From assembly GCA_963558395.1 (NCBI GenBank), contig CAUWGE010000005.1, forward strand, positions 114 to 64,113: DNA of 64,000 nucleotides, written 5' to 3'. Within the stretch, counting starts at the first letter, position 1. Every line of letters starts with the position of its first letter. Below are positions 11,277-22,200 of the stretch, one piece after another. Source of the stretch: an uncultured Clostridia bacterium (GTDB lineage: Bacteria; Bacillota; Clostridia; TANB77; CAG-508). A program made the position numbers and the translations under genes. The notes under the pieces are model-generated. The model was not told the DNA's origin. It saw only the letters and a list, made by a program, of their open reading frames with translations, and searched no databases.

Positions 11277-13367
11277 TTAGTCTTGTTTCTTTGTTCTTGA
11301 AGAAACTATTTGTTCTAAGATAGATTTTGGTACTTCTTCATAGTGTGAAGGTTCCATTGAATATGTTCCTCTACCTTGTGTTTTTGAACGTAAGTCTGTT
11401 GCATAACCAAACATTTCTGAAAGTGGAATAAATCCTCTTATTATTTGGTTACCACTTCTGGCTTCCATTCCTTCCATTCTACCACGTCTACTATTAATAT
11501 CTCCAATAACATCTCCCATATATTCTTCTGGAACAGTTACTTCAACTTTCATAATAGGCTCTAATAGAACTGATTTAGCTTGTTTACATCCTTCTTTAAA
11601 TGCCATTGAAGCTGCTATTTTGAATGCCATTTCTGAAGAGTCAACTTCGTGGTATGAACCATCAACTAAAGATGCCTTAAAGTCTATAACTGGATATCCT
11701 GCAAGTACACCACTCATTGATGCTTCTCTTAATCCTTCTTCTACTGGTTTGATGTATTCTTTTGGAACTGCACCACCAACGATTTTGCTCTCAAATTGTA
11801 CCCCTGAACCTGGCTCTAATGGTTCCATTTCAAACCAAACATCACCATATTGACCATGTCCACCAGATTGACGAACAAATTTACCTTGAACTCTTACTTT
11901 ATTTCTTATAGTTTCCTTGTAAGAAACTTGTGGCTTACCAACTGTACATTCTACTTTGAATTCTCTTTTTAATCTGTCTACTATAATGTCTAGGTGCAAT
12001 TCACCCATACCTGCTATAATAGTTTGACCTGTTTCTTGGTCTGTCCATGTTTTGAATGTTGGGTCTTCTTCTGCAAGTTTTGCTAAAGCTACACCCATTT
12101 TTTCACTATTTGCCTTATCTTTTGGCTCAATAGCAATATCAATAACTGGCTCTGGGAATTCCATAGATTCTAGTATAACTGGATGATCTAAATCGCAAAG
12201 TGTATCACCTGTTGATACATCTTTTAATCCTACTGCTGCTGCTATATCTCCTGCATAAACCTTTTCAATATCTTGTCTATGGTTTGCATGCATAAGTAAA
12301 ATTCTTCCGATTCTATCTTTCTTATCTTTTGTCGCATTTAAAATTGTAGAACCTGTTGTCATTGTTCCTGAATAAACTCTAAAGAAACAAAGTTTTCCAA
12401 CAAATGGGTCTGTCATTATTTTGAATGCTAATGCTGAGAAAGGTTCTTTATCATCAGTCTTTCTATCTACTTCATTTCCATCTTCATCAACACCTTTAAT
12501 TGCTGGAATATCTAATGGAGAAGGTAGATAATCTACTATTGCATTTAATAGTTCTTGAACACCCTTGTTTTTATATGATGAACCACATGTTACTGGAACT
12601 AATGTGTTTGCAAGAGTTCCTTTTCTTAAACCATTTTTGATTTCTTCTACTGATAGTTCTTCACCATCTAAGTATTTCATCATTAATTCATCATCTTGTT
12701 CTGCAACGGCTTCAATCATTTCTGCTCTATATTTTTCTGCATCTGCTTTTAATTCTTCAGGCACGTCTGTTTCTTCAATTTCTTTTCCCATATCGTCTTT
12801 ATGGATAAACGCTCTCATTTTGATTAAATCAACAATTCCGGCGAAATTATCTTCACTACCTATTGGTAATTGAATTGGAACTGGGTGACAGCCTAGTCTT
12901 TCTTTCATTTGCTCTACACAAGCATAAAAATCTGCACCTGTAATATCCATTTTATTTACATATGCCATTCTTGGTACTTGGTATTTATCTGCTTGTCTCC
13001 AAACAGTTTCTGATTGTGGTTGAACTCCACCTTTTGCGGCTAATACTAGAACTGCACCATCTAGAACTCTTAAAGATCTTTCAACTTCTACTGTAAAGTC
13101 AACGTGACCTGGTGTATCTATGATGTTTATTCTGTTACCTAACCATTGGCAAGTAGTAGCAGCAGAAGTAATTGTTATACCTCTTTCTTGCTCTTGAGCC
13201 ATCCAGTCCATTGTAGCAGCTCCATCATGAACTTCACCTATCTTATGAGTTTTACCTGTGTAGAAAAGTATTCTTTCTGTTGTAGTTGTTTTACCCGCAT
13301 CTATGTGGGCCATGATACCTATATTTCTTGTTTTCTCTAAAGGAAATTCTCTTCCGTCTCCGGCCAT
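11277..13367 (-). CDS. fusA: Elongation factor G
   Basis: [32 protein letters not shown]; 696 aa; lies between rpsG and tuf. Confidence 0.98.
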   Translation of the reverse strand: MAGDGREFPLEKTRNIGIMAHIDAGKTTTTERILFYTGKTHKIGEVHDGAATMDWMAQEQERGITITSAATTCQWLGNRINIIDTPGHVDFTVEVERSLRVLDGAVLVLAAKGGVQPQSETVWRQADKYQVPRMAYVNKMDITGADFYACVEQMKERLGCHPVPIQLPIGSEDNFAGIVDLIKMRAFIHKDDMGKEIEETDVPEELKADAEKYRAEMIEAVAEQDDELMMKYLDGEELSVEEIKNGLRKGTLANTLVPVTCGSSYKNKGVQELLNAIVDYLPSPLDIPAIKGVDEDGNEVDRKTDDKEPFSALAFKIMTDPFVGKLCFFRVYSGTMTTGSTILNATKDKKDRIGRILLMHANHRQDIEKVYAGDIAAAVGLKDVSTGDTLCDLDHPVILESMEFPEPVIDIAIEPKDKANSEKMGVALAKLAEEDPTFKTWTDQETGQTIIAGMGELHLDIIVDRLKREFKVECTVGKPQVSYKETIRNKVRVQGKFVRQSGGHGQYGDVWFEMEPLEPGSGVQFESKIVGGAVPKEYIKPVEEGLREASMSGVLAGYPVIDFKASLVDGSYHEVDSSEMAFKIAASMAFKEGCKQAKSVLLEPIMKVEVTVPEEYMGDVIGDINSRRGRMEGMEARSGNQIIRGFIPLSEMFGYATDLRSKTQGRGTYSMEPSHYEEVPKSILEQIVSSRTKKQD

Positions 13368-13390
13368 ATATTTTTTCCCCTTTCTAAAAA

Positions 13391-13936
<546 letters not shown>

Positions 13937-14001
13937 TCAAGTGCAATCTATGTATAATTTAAGTCCTAAATTATCAATCTTGCACGACATTTGGCTAAAT
14001 C

Positions 14002-14415
14002 CTATTTCTTTGGCTTTTTAGCTCCATATTTTGATCTAGCTTGCATTCTGTCTTTAACACCTGCTGTATCTAAAGTTCCTCTTATAATGTGATATCTAAC
14101 ACCTGGAAGGTCTTTTACTCTTCCTCCTCTTATTAAAACAACACTGTGTTCTTGTAAGTTGTGTCCGATTCCTGGAATATAAGATGTTACTTCATATCCA
14201 TTTGAAAGTCTAACTCTGGCAACTTTTCTTAATGCTGAGTTTGGCTTTTTTGGTGTTACAGTCTTTACAACAGTACATACTCCCCTTTTTTGTGGAGCTC
14301 TTTGGTTTGTTTGTTTACTCTTCATTGAGTTAAAACCATGTTGTAATGCTGGTGACTTTGATTTTGCTTTTGAAGATTTTCTTCCTTTTCTTACTAATTG
14401 ATTAATTGTTGGCAC
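14002..14415 (-). CDS. rpsL: 30S ribosomal protein S12 (GTG start)
   Basis: [12 protein letters not shown]...[28 protein letters not shown]..; AGGAGGTGA SD 8 nt upstream. Confidence 0.97.
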   Translation of the reverse strand: MPTINQLVRKGRKSSKAKSKSPALQHGFNSMKSKQTNQRAPQKRGVCTVVKTVTPKKPNSALRKVARVRLSNGYEVTSYIPGIGHNLQEHSVVLIRGGRVKDLPGVRYHIIRGTLDTAGVKDRMQARSKYGAKKPKK

Positions 14416-14438
14416 TTAAATTTCACCTCCTAAAATAA

Positions 14439-14484
14439 AATACTGTTATTTGAAGCCTCCTATGGCATCTTAAATAACAGTATT
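14439..14484 (-). promoter_or_regulatory. Perfect 13-bp inverted repeat (AATACTGTTATTT / AAATAACAGTATT) with a 20-nt loop, abutting the rpsL -10 box
   Basis: Arms at 14439..14451 and 14472..14484 are exact reverse complements. On the coding strand the loop reads AAGATGCCATAGGAGGCTTC and contains an SD-like AGGAGG. A T-rich stretch and the real SD follow. Confidence 0.6.
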
Positions 14485-14513
14485 ATTTTATCATGGTTTT
14501 AGCTTAAAGTCAA
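14485..14513 (-). promoter_or_regulatory. Predicted sigmaA promoter of the str operon (TTGACT-17-TAAAAT)
   Basis: Minus strand: TTGACTttaagctaaaaccatgaTAAAAT, about 70 nt upstream of the rpsL GTG. Confidence 0.5.
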
Positions 14514-14548
14514 TGGTTTTATAAAGTTTTTATTTTATTTACATAAAG

Positions 14549-14577
14549 TTGATTTTTCTCTTATTTTGTGCTATAAT
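14549..14577 (+). promoter_or_regulatory. Predicted sigmaA promoter with extended -10 (TTGATT-17-TGcTATAAT), divergent from the rpsL promoter
   Basis: TTGATTtttctcttattttgtgcTATAAT. An AGGAGG SD at 14607..14612 precedes the ATG at 14621. Confidence 0.55.
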
Positions 14578-14620
14578 TAATAGTGTAACAAATATTAAAT
14601 TCCAATAGGAGGAACAAATT

Positions 14621-14998
14621 ATGTTTAACTTTTTCAAAGACTTAAGAGATCGGCATTTAATAATTTCAATGTGGGTCCCAATGCTAATCAGCCTTGCCCT
14701 GTCTATGATGATAGGTGTAATTTTCAAATTTAGCATTACCCAAATTGTATTAATAGTATTCATCTCAAGTGTATCCTCTTTAGTCGGAGTATACAACGTC
14801 TATTCAGATGGATACGACTCCTCATTTTGGAAAAAGGGACATGCAGTCACTCTTGTGACTGCCGAGGCAATATTGATATGTTATGCTTTATTATCAAAAA
14901 GCTTATTCATATCAATAATTGCAATTTTGGTTGCAATATTTTATATTGTAGGTGCTGTCCATATTTATATATTAACAGCACCAGAGGAGGAGGATTAA
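14621..14998 (+). CDS. Small polytopic membrane protein (125 aa), unknown function
   Basis: Strong SD (AGGAGG, about 8 nt spacing), its own promoter and terminator, and 3-4 hydrophobic helices. One of only two plus-strand genes. Confidence 0.6.
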   Translation: MFNFFKDLRDRHLIISMWVPMLISLALSMMIGVIFKFSITQIVLIVFISSVSSLVGVYNVYSDGYDSSFWKKGHAVTLVTAEAILICYALLSKSLFISIIAILVAIFYIVGAVHIYILTAPEEED

Positions 14999-15022
14999 AT
15001 TCCTTCTCCTCTTTCTTTTTTA
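14983..15022 (+). terminator. Intrinsic terminator for the plus-strand gene, built across the overlapping convergent stop codons
   Basis: AGAGGAGGAGGA-ttaaat-TCCTTCTCCTCT: a 12-bp stem with one G.U pair, followed by TTCTTTTTTAT. The loop TTAA carries the TAA stops of both convergent genes. Confidence 0.6.
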
Positions 15023-15240
15023 TATAATTCTATAAAAATATTTTTTAATATTTTTTCATCCTCAACTCTTTCCATAATATTTCTTCCATCTATACATCTA
15101 TTTTTCACTATTTTTATTTCTTTAACATTATTTAAATTAGATAAAATAGCATACTCTTCCTCTTCGTTTTTTATGATACTAATAATCAAATATTTTTTTC
15201 CATCATCCAATGTAATAATATCTTTTTCTTTTAACAACAT
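14995..15240 (-). CDS. Small acidic protein, DUF1292-like (81 aa)
   Basis: The pattern IITLDDGKKYLIISIIKNEEEEYAILSNL...IMERVEDEKILKNIF resembles DUF1292 proteins (YrzB-like) from memory. Last gene of the orphan operon. Confidence 0.45.
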   Translation of the reverse strand: MLLKEKDIITLDDGKKYLIISIIKNEEEEYAILSNLNNVKEIKIVKNRCIDGRNIMERVEDEKILKNIFIELYKKERGEGI

Positions 15241-15241
15241 T

Positions 15242-15586
15242 TTATCTCTCTTCTTCCAATTTATTATTTTCTTTTATTTGTTCTATTTCTTTCTCATTTT
15301 CTATTTGTTCTTTTATCTTCTCTATTTCTTCCGGAGTTTTTCCATCTATATATACGCCTTCATACCAACTATCTTTGCTCCATTCTTGTCCTACTTTGTA
15401 TCCCCATGCCATACTAATAATAGATGCTGGTATTGTGATATAAATTAGCGCTTTTTTTATTTTTTTATATACTTTATCTATTTTTTCTATATCCTTAGTA
15501 TCTAATGTTCTTTCCCTTTTTACTACTTCATGTATCTCTTTAGTATTTTCACTACTTTTAGTCGTTCTTTTAGGTAATTCTTCCAT
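15242..15586 (-). CDS. Hypothetical single-TM protein (114 aa) with Glu/Lys-rich tail
   Basis: Start trimmed to MEELPK (AGGAGG SD; the ORF-track start is TTG). TM helix ALIYITIPASIISMAWGY. Confidence 0.55.
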   Translation of the reverse strand: MEELPKRTTKSSENTKEIHEVVKRERTLDTKDIEKIDKVYKKIKKALIYITIPASIISMAWGYKVGQEWSKDSWYEGVYIDGKTPEEIEKIKEQIENEKEIEQIKENNKLEEER

Positions 15587-15634
15587 TTTTCCTCCTAGCA
15601 AAATGGAGAATTTTTTAAATTCTCCATTCTTATT

Positions 15635-17554
15635 TTACATTTCCCTATCATCCATATCACTTTTATCTAAGTTCTGTTCAGCAGTATATGCTGTATACTC
15701 TTTTCCATTGATGTTTACTGACTTCTCATAAATTTTTTCGCAGTCTGTTGCCTTAACCCATCCAAATATACTATATCCTCTGCTATCTGTTCTTCCATCA
15801 ATAGCTTCTAATGCATATTTTTCCACATATTTAGGATTTTCATATTGCGATAAGTCTATTCCAGTTTCCTCCCATTTTTTTCCGTTTGATGTAATTATAG
15901 TCTTTTCTGTTCCATCTTCGCCAATTTCGCAAATAGCTCTATTGGCAATTTTGCAATCCATATCTTCTACAAAACTTCCTTCTCTAATGCTTCCATCTAA
16001 GAATGTATATTTTGTTTCTCCAGGTCTTGCATCTGAAGCATATGTATATACTAGTCCGCCTTTTACACTAACATAGTCTACATCTTCTATTTTATTATCT
16101 TCTTTTACTTCATTTTCTTTCTCTAGAACTACTTCTTTTGCTGGTTTCTCAACTTCTGCCCCTTCTTTTGCAGGTTCTTCATATGCAACATTTGTTGGCT
16201 CTTTTGGCTTATCTTGCCCTTGTGGTAGTGCTGTACCAATTGCTGCTGCGCCAAGACCTAGTCCCAAACCAATAAGAACTTTTTTCCATAATCCAGGATC
16301 TCTTCTAACAATTGCTATATCCATCTTTTCATGTTTATTGGCAATTTGTTTCATTTTCATTTTATCCCAAAAGCTTATTCTATCTTCCTTAGATTGTTTT
16401 TCTTTATCACCACTATCATTTTTGCTTCTGATATCATAAACTAATTCTACTGGCATTAATTCTTTTTCACCTGTCAATACTGCCGTTATGTAATCTTTTG
16501 TCTTTTTTGCACCATATTTGTTATCATAATCTCTTAGAGCATAATAAAGATTTAAGTCTACATCTCCTACTCTATCCTTTATTTCAGGGTATTCATCTAT
16601 TATTAGATTTCTTATATCTTTAATACCTTTTCCCTTTAATAAGTCTCCCGATACTTTTATATCTGATTTTTCTATATCATTTCCTACTACATATTCATAC
16701 TTACCCGTTCTTAAATTAAAATATACCTTATCCTTCTTAGTTTCGATTGCAAATACTTTGTCTTTTTTAGCTTCAATCGCAGGCACCGTATATTTTTGAT
16801 TTTGGCTAATAACTGGATTTTGTTTTGAAATAACAATTGGATTTTGCCTTACTGGAACAACATTATTTAAAATTCCTTGTTGCATAGAGTGGCCATTTGC
16901 ATTCTCTTGATTTCTTCCATTAGCGTCTTTTAAAATAAAGTTTACTTTACCATTAGTATCTTGCTTTTGAGAATCCTCACTATTATTTTTAGTATTTTCG
17001 TCTTTTTCTTCTACTTTCACATTCTTATCATTATTTTGTACATTTATTTTATATTTTGCCAGCAATTGTTTTATGTAATTTTCACTATTTTCAAGCATTT
17101 GTTTATTTCTGTTGAGTAACGCTATTTTCTGGCTAAGTTCTGTTTCTATTTTTACAAGTTCTTCTTTAATTTTAATCTGCTCTTCTGATTCTTTTGAAAA
17201 TCCTGTTGCTGCACTATCAAAAGCTTTCAAATATTCTTCCCTACTTTTTCTAAGTTTTTCTATTGCATTCTTAAGTTTCTCATTTTCTTGGCTTAGTATT
17301 TCATATATCCTAATCTCATTTTTTACCTTTTGAATTTCCCCTATAATTACGTTTAATTCTGAGGAAATTTTGTTTATATCTTCTTCCAATGGCTTTGTTT
17401 CTTCTGTCTCATTAAATTTTCCATCAGAATAGTCCTTTTTATTTTTTTCAATTTCTAACTGTTCTATATACACTTTTCTTTCATCAAATAAATTTTTCCT
17501 ATCCGATTCCATTTTTTCTATTAATGCTTTAATTTCAACACTATTTTTATCCAT
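15635..17554 (-). CDS. Hypothetical bitopic protein (639 aa): ~190-aa N-terminal coiled coil, Q/N-rich linker, globular region, TM helix, ~185-aa C-terminal ectodomain
   Basis: Long ORF with heptad-like Glu/Lys/Leu/Ile-rich N-terminus. TM helix WKKVLIGLGLGLGAAAIGTALP near residue 435. Tandem AIEAKKDKVF/AIETKKDKVY repeat. No family recognised. Confidence 0.7.
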   Translation of the reverse strand: MDKNSVEIKALIEKMESDRKNLFDERKVYIEQLEIEKNKKDYSDGKFNETEETKPLEEDINKISSELNVIIGEIQKVKNEIRIYEILSQENEKLKNAIEKLRKSREEYLKAFDSAATGFSKESEEQIKIKEELVKIETELSQKIALLNRNKQMLENSENYIKQLLAKYKINVQNNDKNVKVEEKDENTKNNSEDSQKQDTNGKVNFILKDANGRNQENANGHSMQQGILNNVVPVRQNPIVISKQNPVISQNQKYTVPAIEAKKDKVFAIETKKDKVYFNLRTGKYEYVVGNDIEKSDIKVSGDLLKGKGIKDIRNLIIDEYPEIKDRVGDVDLNLYYALRDYDNKYGAKKTKDYITAVLTGEKELMPVELVYDIRSKNDSGDKEKQSKEDRISFWDKMKMKQIANKHEKMDIAIVRRDPGLWKKVLIGLGLGLGAAAIGTALPQGQDKPKEPTNVAYEEPAKEGAEVEKPAKEVVLEKENEVKEDNKIEDVDYVSVKGGLVYTYASDARPGETKYTFLDGSIREGSFVEDMDCKIANRAICEIGEDGTEKTIITSNGKKWEETGIDLSQYENPKYVEKYALEAIDGRTDSRGYSIFGWVKATDCEKIYEKSVNINGKEYTAYTAEQNLDKSDMDDREM

Positions 17555-17589
17555 ATGTTCCCCCCCTATTTTATTATTTTATCTTATAC

Positions 17590-17618
17590 ATTATATCATT
17601 TTTACAACTTTTTGTCAA
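17590..17618 (-). promoter_or_regulatory. Perfect consensus sigmaA promoter (TTGACA-17-TATAAT) for the orphan operon
   Basis: Minus strand: TTGACAaaaagttgtaaaaatgaTATAAT, 36 nt upstream of the ATG at 17554. Confidence 0.6.
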
Positions 17619-17700
17619 AGTATTATGTTACCCAGATGTTTCATACATAAATTTTATAATAAAGTTATCATTGTATTTTACATTTGTCAATAAAATCTAA

Positions 17701-19152
17701 TCAATGTAATATCATTGTAATATTATCCATGCTCCTTTTTGCCATGCTTTCATATCTTAGTTTTTTGTCCTTTATTTTTTTGCCTTCTAGTTCTGGTAAT
17801 ATTCCATAATTTGCATTCATTGGTTGAAAATTCTCATGCTCTTCTGATATATATTTAGCCAAAGCCCCTATCATCGTTATATTTGAAAACTCTGTTTTTT
17901 CTTCTCCTTTTAGTTTTCTTACGGCATTTATTCCTGCCAAAAGCCCTGAAGATATTGATTCTACATACCCTTCTACACCTGTAATTTGTCCAGCAAAAAA
18001 TAAATTTTCCTTTGCTTTAAAATTATATGTATTGTCTAATAGTTTTCCCGAATTTATATATGTGTTTCTATGCATTACTCCATACTTTGCAAATTCCGCT
18101 TCTTTTAATCCTGGTATCATACTAAATACTCTTTTTTGCTCTCCGAATTTTAAATTTGTTTGAAATCCCACCATATTGTATAAACTAGCTTCTTTATTAT
18201 CTTGTCTTAACTGAATTACTGCATATGGTCTTTTCCCCGTCCTAGGGTCGTCAAATCCCACTGGCTTTAATGGTCCAAATCTTAAGGTATCTATTCCTCT
18301 TTTCGCCATTACTTCAATAGGCATACACCCTTCAAAAATTTCTCTTTTTTCAAATTCATGAAGAGTTACTACTTCTGCCTTAACTAATTCATTTACAAAA
18401 TGTTCGTATTCTTCTTTGTTCATTGGTAAATTAATATAGCTATTTGTATTTTCTCTTAGCACATTTGAATTTGTTTCTGCACTTTTATTCACATTTAAGT
18501 CTAGTCTTTTTCTCCATTCTTCAATAGTTTCGTCTTTTTTCTTTTCCTGCTCATATCTGTCTCCATAAAAAGCTATGTTAAAATCTATACTATCTTTTTC
18601 TATAATTGGAGCTGCTGCATCATAAAAGTATAATTCATCTTCTCCTGTTAGTTCTTTTATTCCTGTGCAAAGAGAAGTAGATGTAAGTGGGCCTGTTGCT
18701 ATAATGGTTATTTCTTTTTCTATTAAATCTTCAAAAAATACTTCTTTAGATGTAATATTTTCTTTTGTTTGATCAAATTTGCTAACAACTTCTTTTTTTA
18801 TTATTTCTATATTTTCATTATTTTCTATCTTTTCAGTTACCCTTCTCGCAAAAAGCTCCCTATCTACTGCCAAAGCCTGACCTGCTGGCACACTTGTTTC
18901 ATCTGCCACATTAATAAGGAGTGAATCTAATTTTCTTAATTCTTCTTTTAAAAGGCCACATGCATTCGTAATTAAATTCGATTTAAACGAATTGCTACAT
19001 ACAATTTCTGCCAAATCGTTATTGCTATGTGCTTCCGAAAATTTAGTAGGCTTCATTTCATATAATTTTACTTTTATTCCTCTTTTTGCAATATGGTAAG
19101 CAGCCTCACATCCTGCAAGTCCACCACCAATAACATTAATATATTTGTCCAT
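17701..19152 (-). CDS. trmFO: Methylenetetrahydrofolate--tRNA-(uracil54-C5)-methyltransferase TrmFO
   Basis: INVIGGGLAGCEAAY FAD motif, CSNSFKS, and GQITGVEGYVES near the C-terminus. Start trimmed to MDKYINV. Confidence 0.9.
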   Translation of the reverse strand: MDKYINVIGGGLAGCEAAYHIAKRGIKVKLYEMKPTKFSEAHSNNDLAEIVCSNSFKSNLITNACGLLKEELRKLDSLLINVADETSVPAGQALAVDRELFARRVTEKIENNENIEIIKKEVVSKFDQTKENITSKEVFFEDLIEKEITIIATGPLTSTSLCTGIKELTGEDELYFYDAAAPIIEKDSIDFNIAFYGDRYEQEKKKDETIEEWRKRLDLNVNKSAETNSNVLRENTNSYINLPMNKEEYEHFVNELVKAEVVTLHEFEKREIFEGCMPIEVMAKRGIDTLRFGPLKPVGFDDPRTGKRPYAVIQLRQDNKEASLYNMVGFQTNLKFGEQKRVFSMIPGLKEAEFAKYGVMHRNTYINSGKLLDNTYNFKAKENLFFAGQITGVEGYVESISSGLLAGINAVRKLKGEEKTEFSNITMIGALAKYISEEHENFQPMNANYGILPELEGKKIKDKKLRYESMAKRSMDNITMILH

Positions 19153-19232
19153 AATCTTAGATTCTCCTCCATTACCAATGCTCATATTAAATTTATTATT
19201 TTATTCAAATTTACGCATCTTTATTTAACTTT

Positions 19233-22200
19233 CTATTCAAACAAATCCATAATTTCATCTTTAGAAAGTCTACTTATAAATGTTTCTTTTGTTGAAAGCA
19301 TATCGTCTGCAAGTTTTGCTTTACGTTCTTGAAGATTATATATTTTTTCTTCTATTGAGTTTTTAGTAATAAGCTTATATACTTGAACATTTCGTTTTTG
19401 CCCAATTCTATATGTTCTATCTGTTGCTTGGTTTTCTGCTGATAAGTTCCACCATGGATCATAGTGAATTACCATATCTGCTCCAATTAAATTTAGTCCT
19501 GTTCCTCCTGCTTTTAGTAAGATTAAGAATACTTTTATATTATCATTTGTATTAAATTCATTCACCATTTCCATTCTTTGTTCTACTTTTGTTTGTCCTG
19601 TAAGTTTAAAAAAGTTTATATTTTCTTTTTTTAGTTCTTCTTCAATATACCCAAACATTGATGAATATCCCGAAAATAGTAAAATTTTGTGTCCACCTTT
19701 TACTGCATCTTTTATAATTTCTGTGCACTGAGTTAGTTTGCTACTTTCCCCTTCATAATTATCAATAAAAAGACCTGGGTGGCAACATATTTGTCTTAAT
19801 CTCATTAAAAGGGCTAATATTTTTATTTGACTATTTGCAATTCCGTTTGCCATAATTTCTTCCTTAGCCGTTTTTTTAGCACTTTCCATAAATGACAAAT
19901 ACAGTTTTAATTGTTCCCCTGACATTTCATTATTTAATACTGTTATTGTTTTATCTGGTAGTTCTGTAAGAACATTTTCTTTAACTCTTCTTAGAACAAA
20001 TGGTTCTATCATGTTTTTAAGTCTTGCCATTGCATCTTTATCCCCATCCTTACTTATCGGGGTTTCATATTGTATCTTAAATTTATTGTATGAATACAAG
20101 TACCCTGGCATTATAAAATCAAAAATTGACCAAAGCTCTGCGATTGAGTTTTCTATTGGAGTTCCTGTTAAAGCATATTTTGTTTCTGCATTTATTTCTT
20201 TTATTACTTTCGCATTTTGTGTATTATTATTTTTTATATATTGAGCCTCATCTGCAATTATATATCTAAAATTGTAATTATATTTTTTGTATATGTCTAT
20301 ATCTCTTTTAAGTAAGTCATATGAGGTTATTATAATATCATATTTTGGTATAGATTTTATTAAATCCTCTCTTTGCTCTGAACTACCATTTATTACAACT
20401 ACTTTTAAATCTGGTGTGAATTTTGCAGCTTCTTCTTTCCAGTTTAATGAAAGTGAACTTGGGCATACAACTATACTAGGCTTTCGTTCTCTTGTATTTT
20501 CTATATATGACATTATTACAGCTAATAGCTGTATTGTTTTTCCAAGGCCCATATCATCTGCTAAAATTCCACCTAGTTTATATGTATCGAGTGTTTTTAG
20601 CCAATCAAACCCTACCTTTTGATATTCTCTTAAATTTGCATGTATTCCATTTGGCACTTCAAATTTGTCTGATATTTGTACAGACTCTACATCTTCTACC
20701 AACTTTCTATATTCTTCATTTTGTTTTAATACAATATTCTTATTTTGCTTTAGTATTTTATCTAAATACATTCCTCTATAAATAGGCAGTTTTAAATCTC
20801 CACTTAAAAGTTCTTCAAAGCTTGCTCCTGTATTTTCTGAAATGTCTTCTAGCATTTTCATTGTATTATTGTTTTCTAACTCTACAAATTCTCCACTTTT
20901 TAGTCTAAAAAATTTTTTCTTTAGCTTATATTTTTTCATTATCTCTGCTATTTCTGATTTATCTATGTCAATATTTGAAAGGTCTATGCTTAATAAATTA
21001 TTTTCTATTTTTACACCAACAGAACTTATTTTAGGTTTTATAATTTGCTTTTTTCTAAAGTCTTCTGTTGCCATTACCTCAAATTTGGCTATATATTCCT
21101 CAATACCTTCATTTAGAAAATTGTAAATGTCCTCATCTTTAACTAATACAAGTTTATTATTTGTTTTGTCATACATAAATCCTGAGGTTCTAAACATATC
21201 CAATACTTTTGATTCTTCTACTGCATTTCTTGGTATTTGTTTTTCTAATTCTTTAAATGGGCTAAATTCAAAATCATCATATGCAAATTTCAAATCTACT
21301 GTTATATAATTTTTTCTGTTGTAGTCGAGAAATACTTTTACTTTTAGTTTTCTTGGCATATATTCTTTAATCTCTTCATAATTTACCTCATCAAGGTTCA
21401 CTTTTCCCTTAATAAGAGGCATAACTAGTGAATAAAAATCTGCAAATTCCTCTTTTTTGAAAACTATTTCTTTTGTAAAGTTGATTTTAAATGTGTCTAA
21501 AAGTTTTATTACTGAATTTTCATATTCTTTTGAACATCTATATATTTTTTCATCTCTCCATAAATATATATATTCTTTTCCTTTTAGAATTATATAGTCA
21601 AATATGTCTACATTTGTAGTTAATGCGTATTCTTCTTTATTTTTACTTTTTATCTTAAATTCAATATTAGGTTCTTTATCCACAAATACTACACTTTCTG
21701 TTAAATATTCATTTGCAATTTCTATTTCTTTTCCCTTTAAGATGTCAAAAATCTCGTCTAGTCCAGAATTCGAAACAGCTATATATGCTTTATCTAATGC
21801 ACTTATTGAATATCTACTTCCAACTTCATTTGTATATTTTATTATCTCTGCATATTTTAAAATATATTCTAAAATGTCTAAACTTTCCTCTTCAAAATTT
21901 TCTTTAATATGCATGAATTCTAGTCGTGCTCCATATTTATGTGTTTCTTTATTAAGCATATTTGTATAAAATTCTGTTAGGTCTTTTATTTTATACATTT
22001 GCTTATTGCCTATCTTTATTTCGAGTCTGAATGTTTTCAAATCCGACTTATATATTAGTTTAGGCACAATTTTCACTTTATCAATTAGAATTGAATTTCT
22101 GTTTTCTTCTTTTCTTTCTTCTTCGTAAAATGAATTTATCATTTGCCTATATATTCTATATTTTTCCGTTTTTTTGTTTTCTTTTTTAGAACCCTCTTTA

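Noticed and set aside
14539-14796. 85-aa minus-strand ORF overlapping the plus-strand membrane-protein gene
   Set aside because: It would start inside the plus-strand gene and run through both divergent promoters. It has no SD. The plus-strand gene has much better signals (AGGAGG, extended -10 promoter, terminator).
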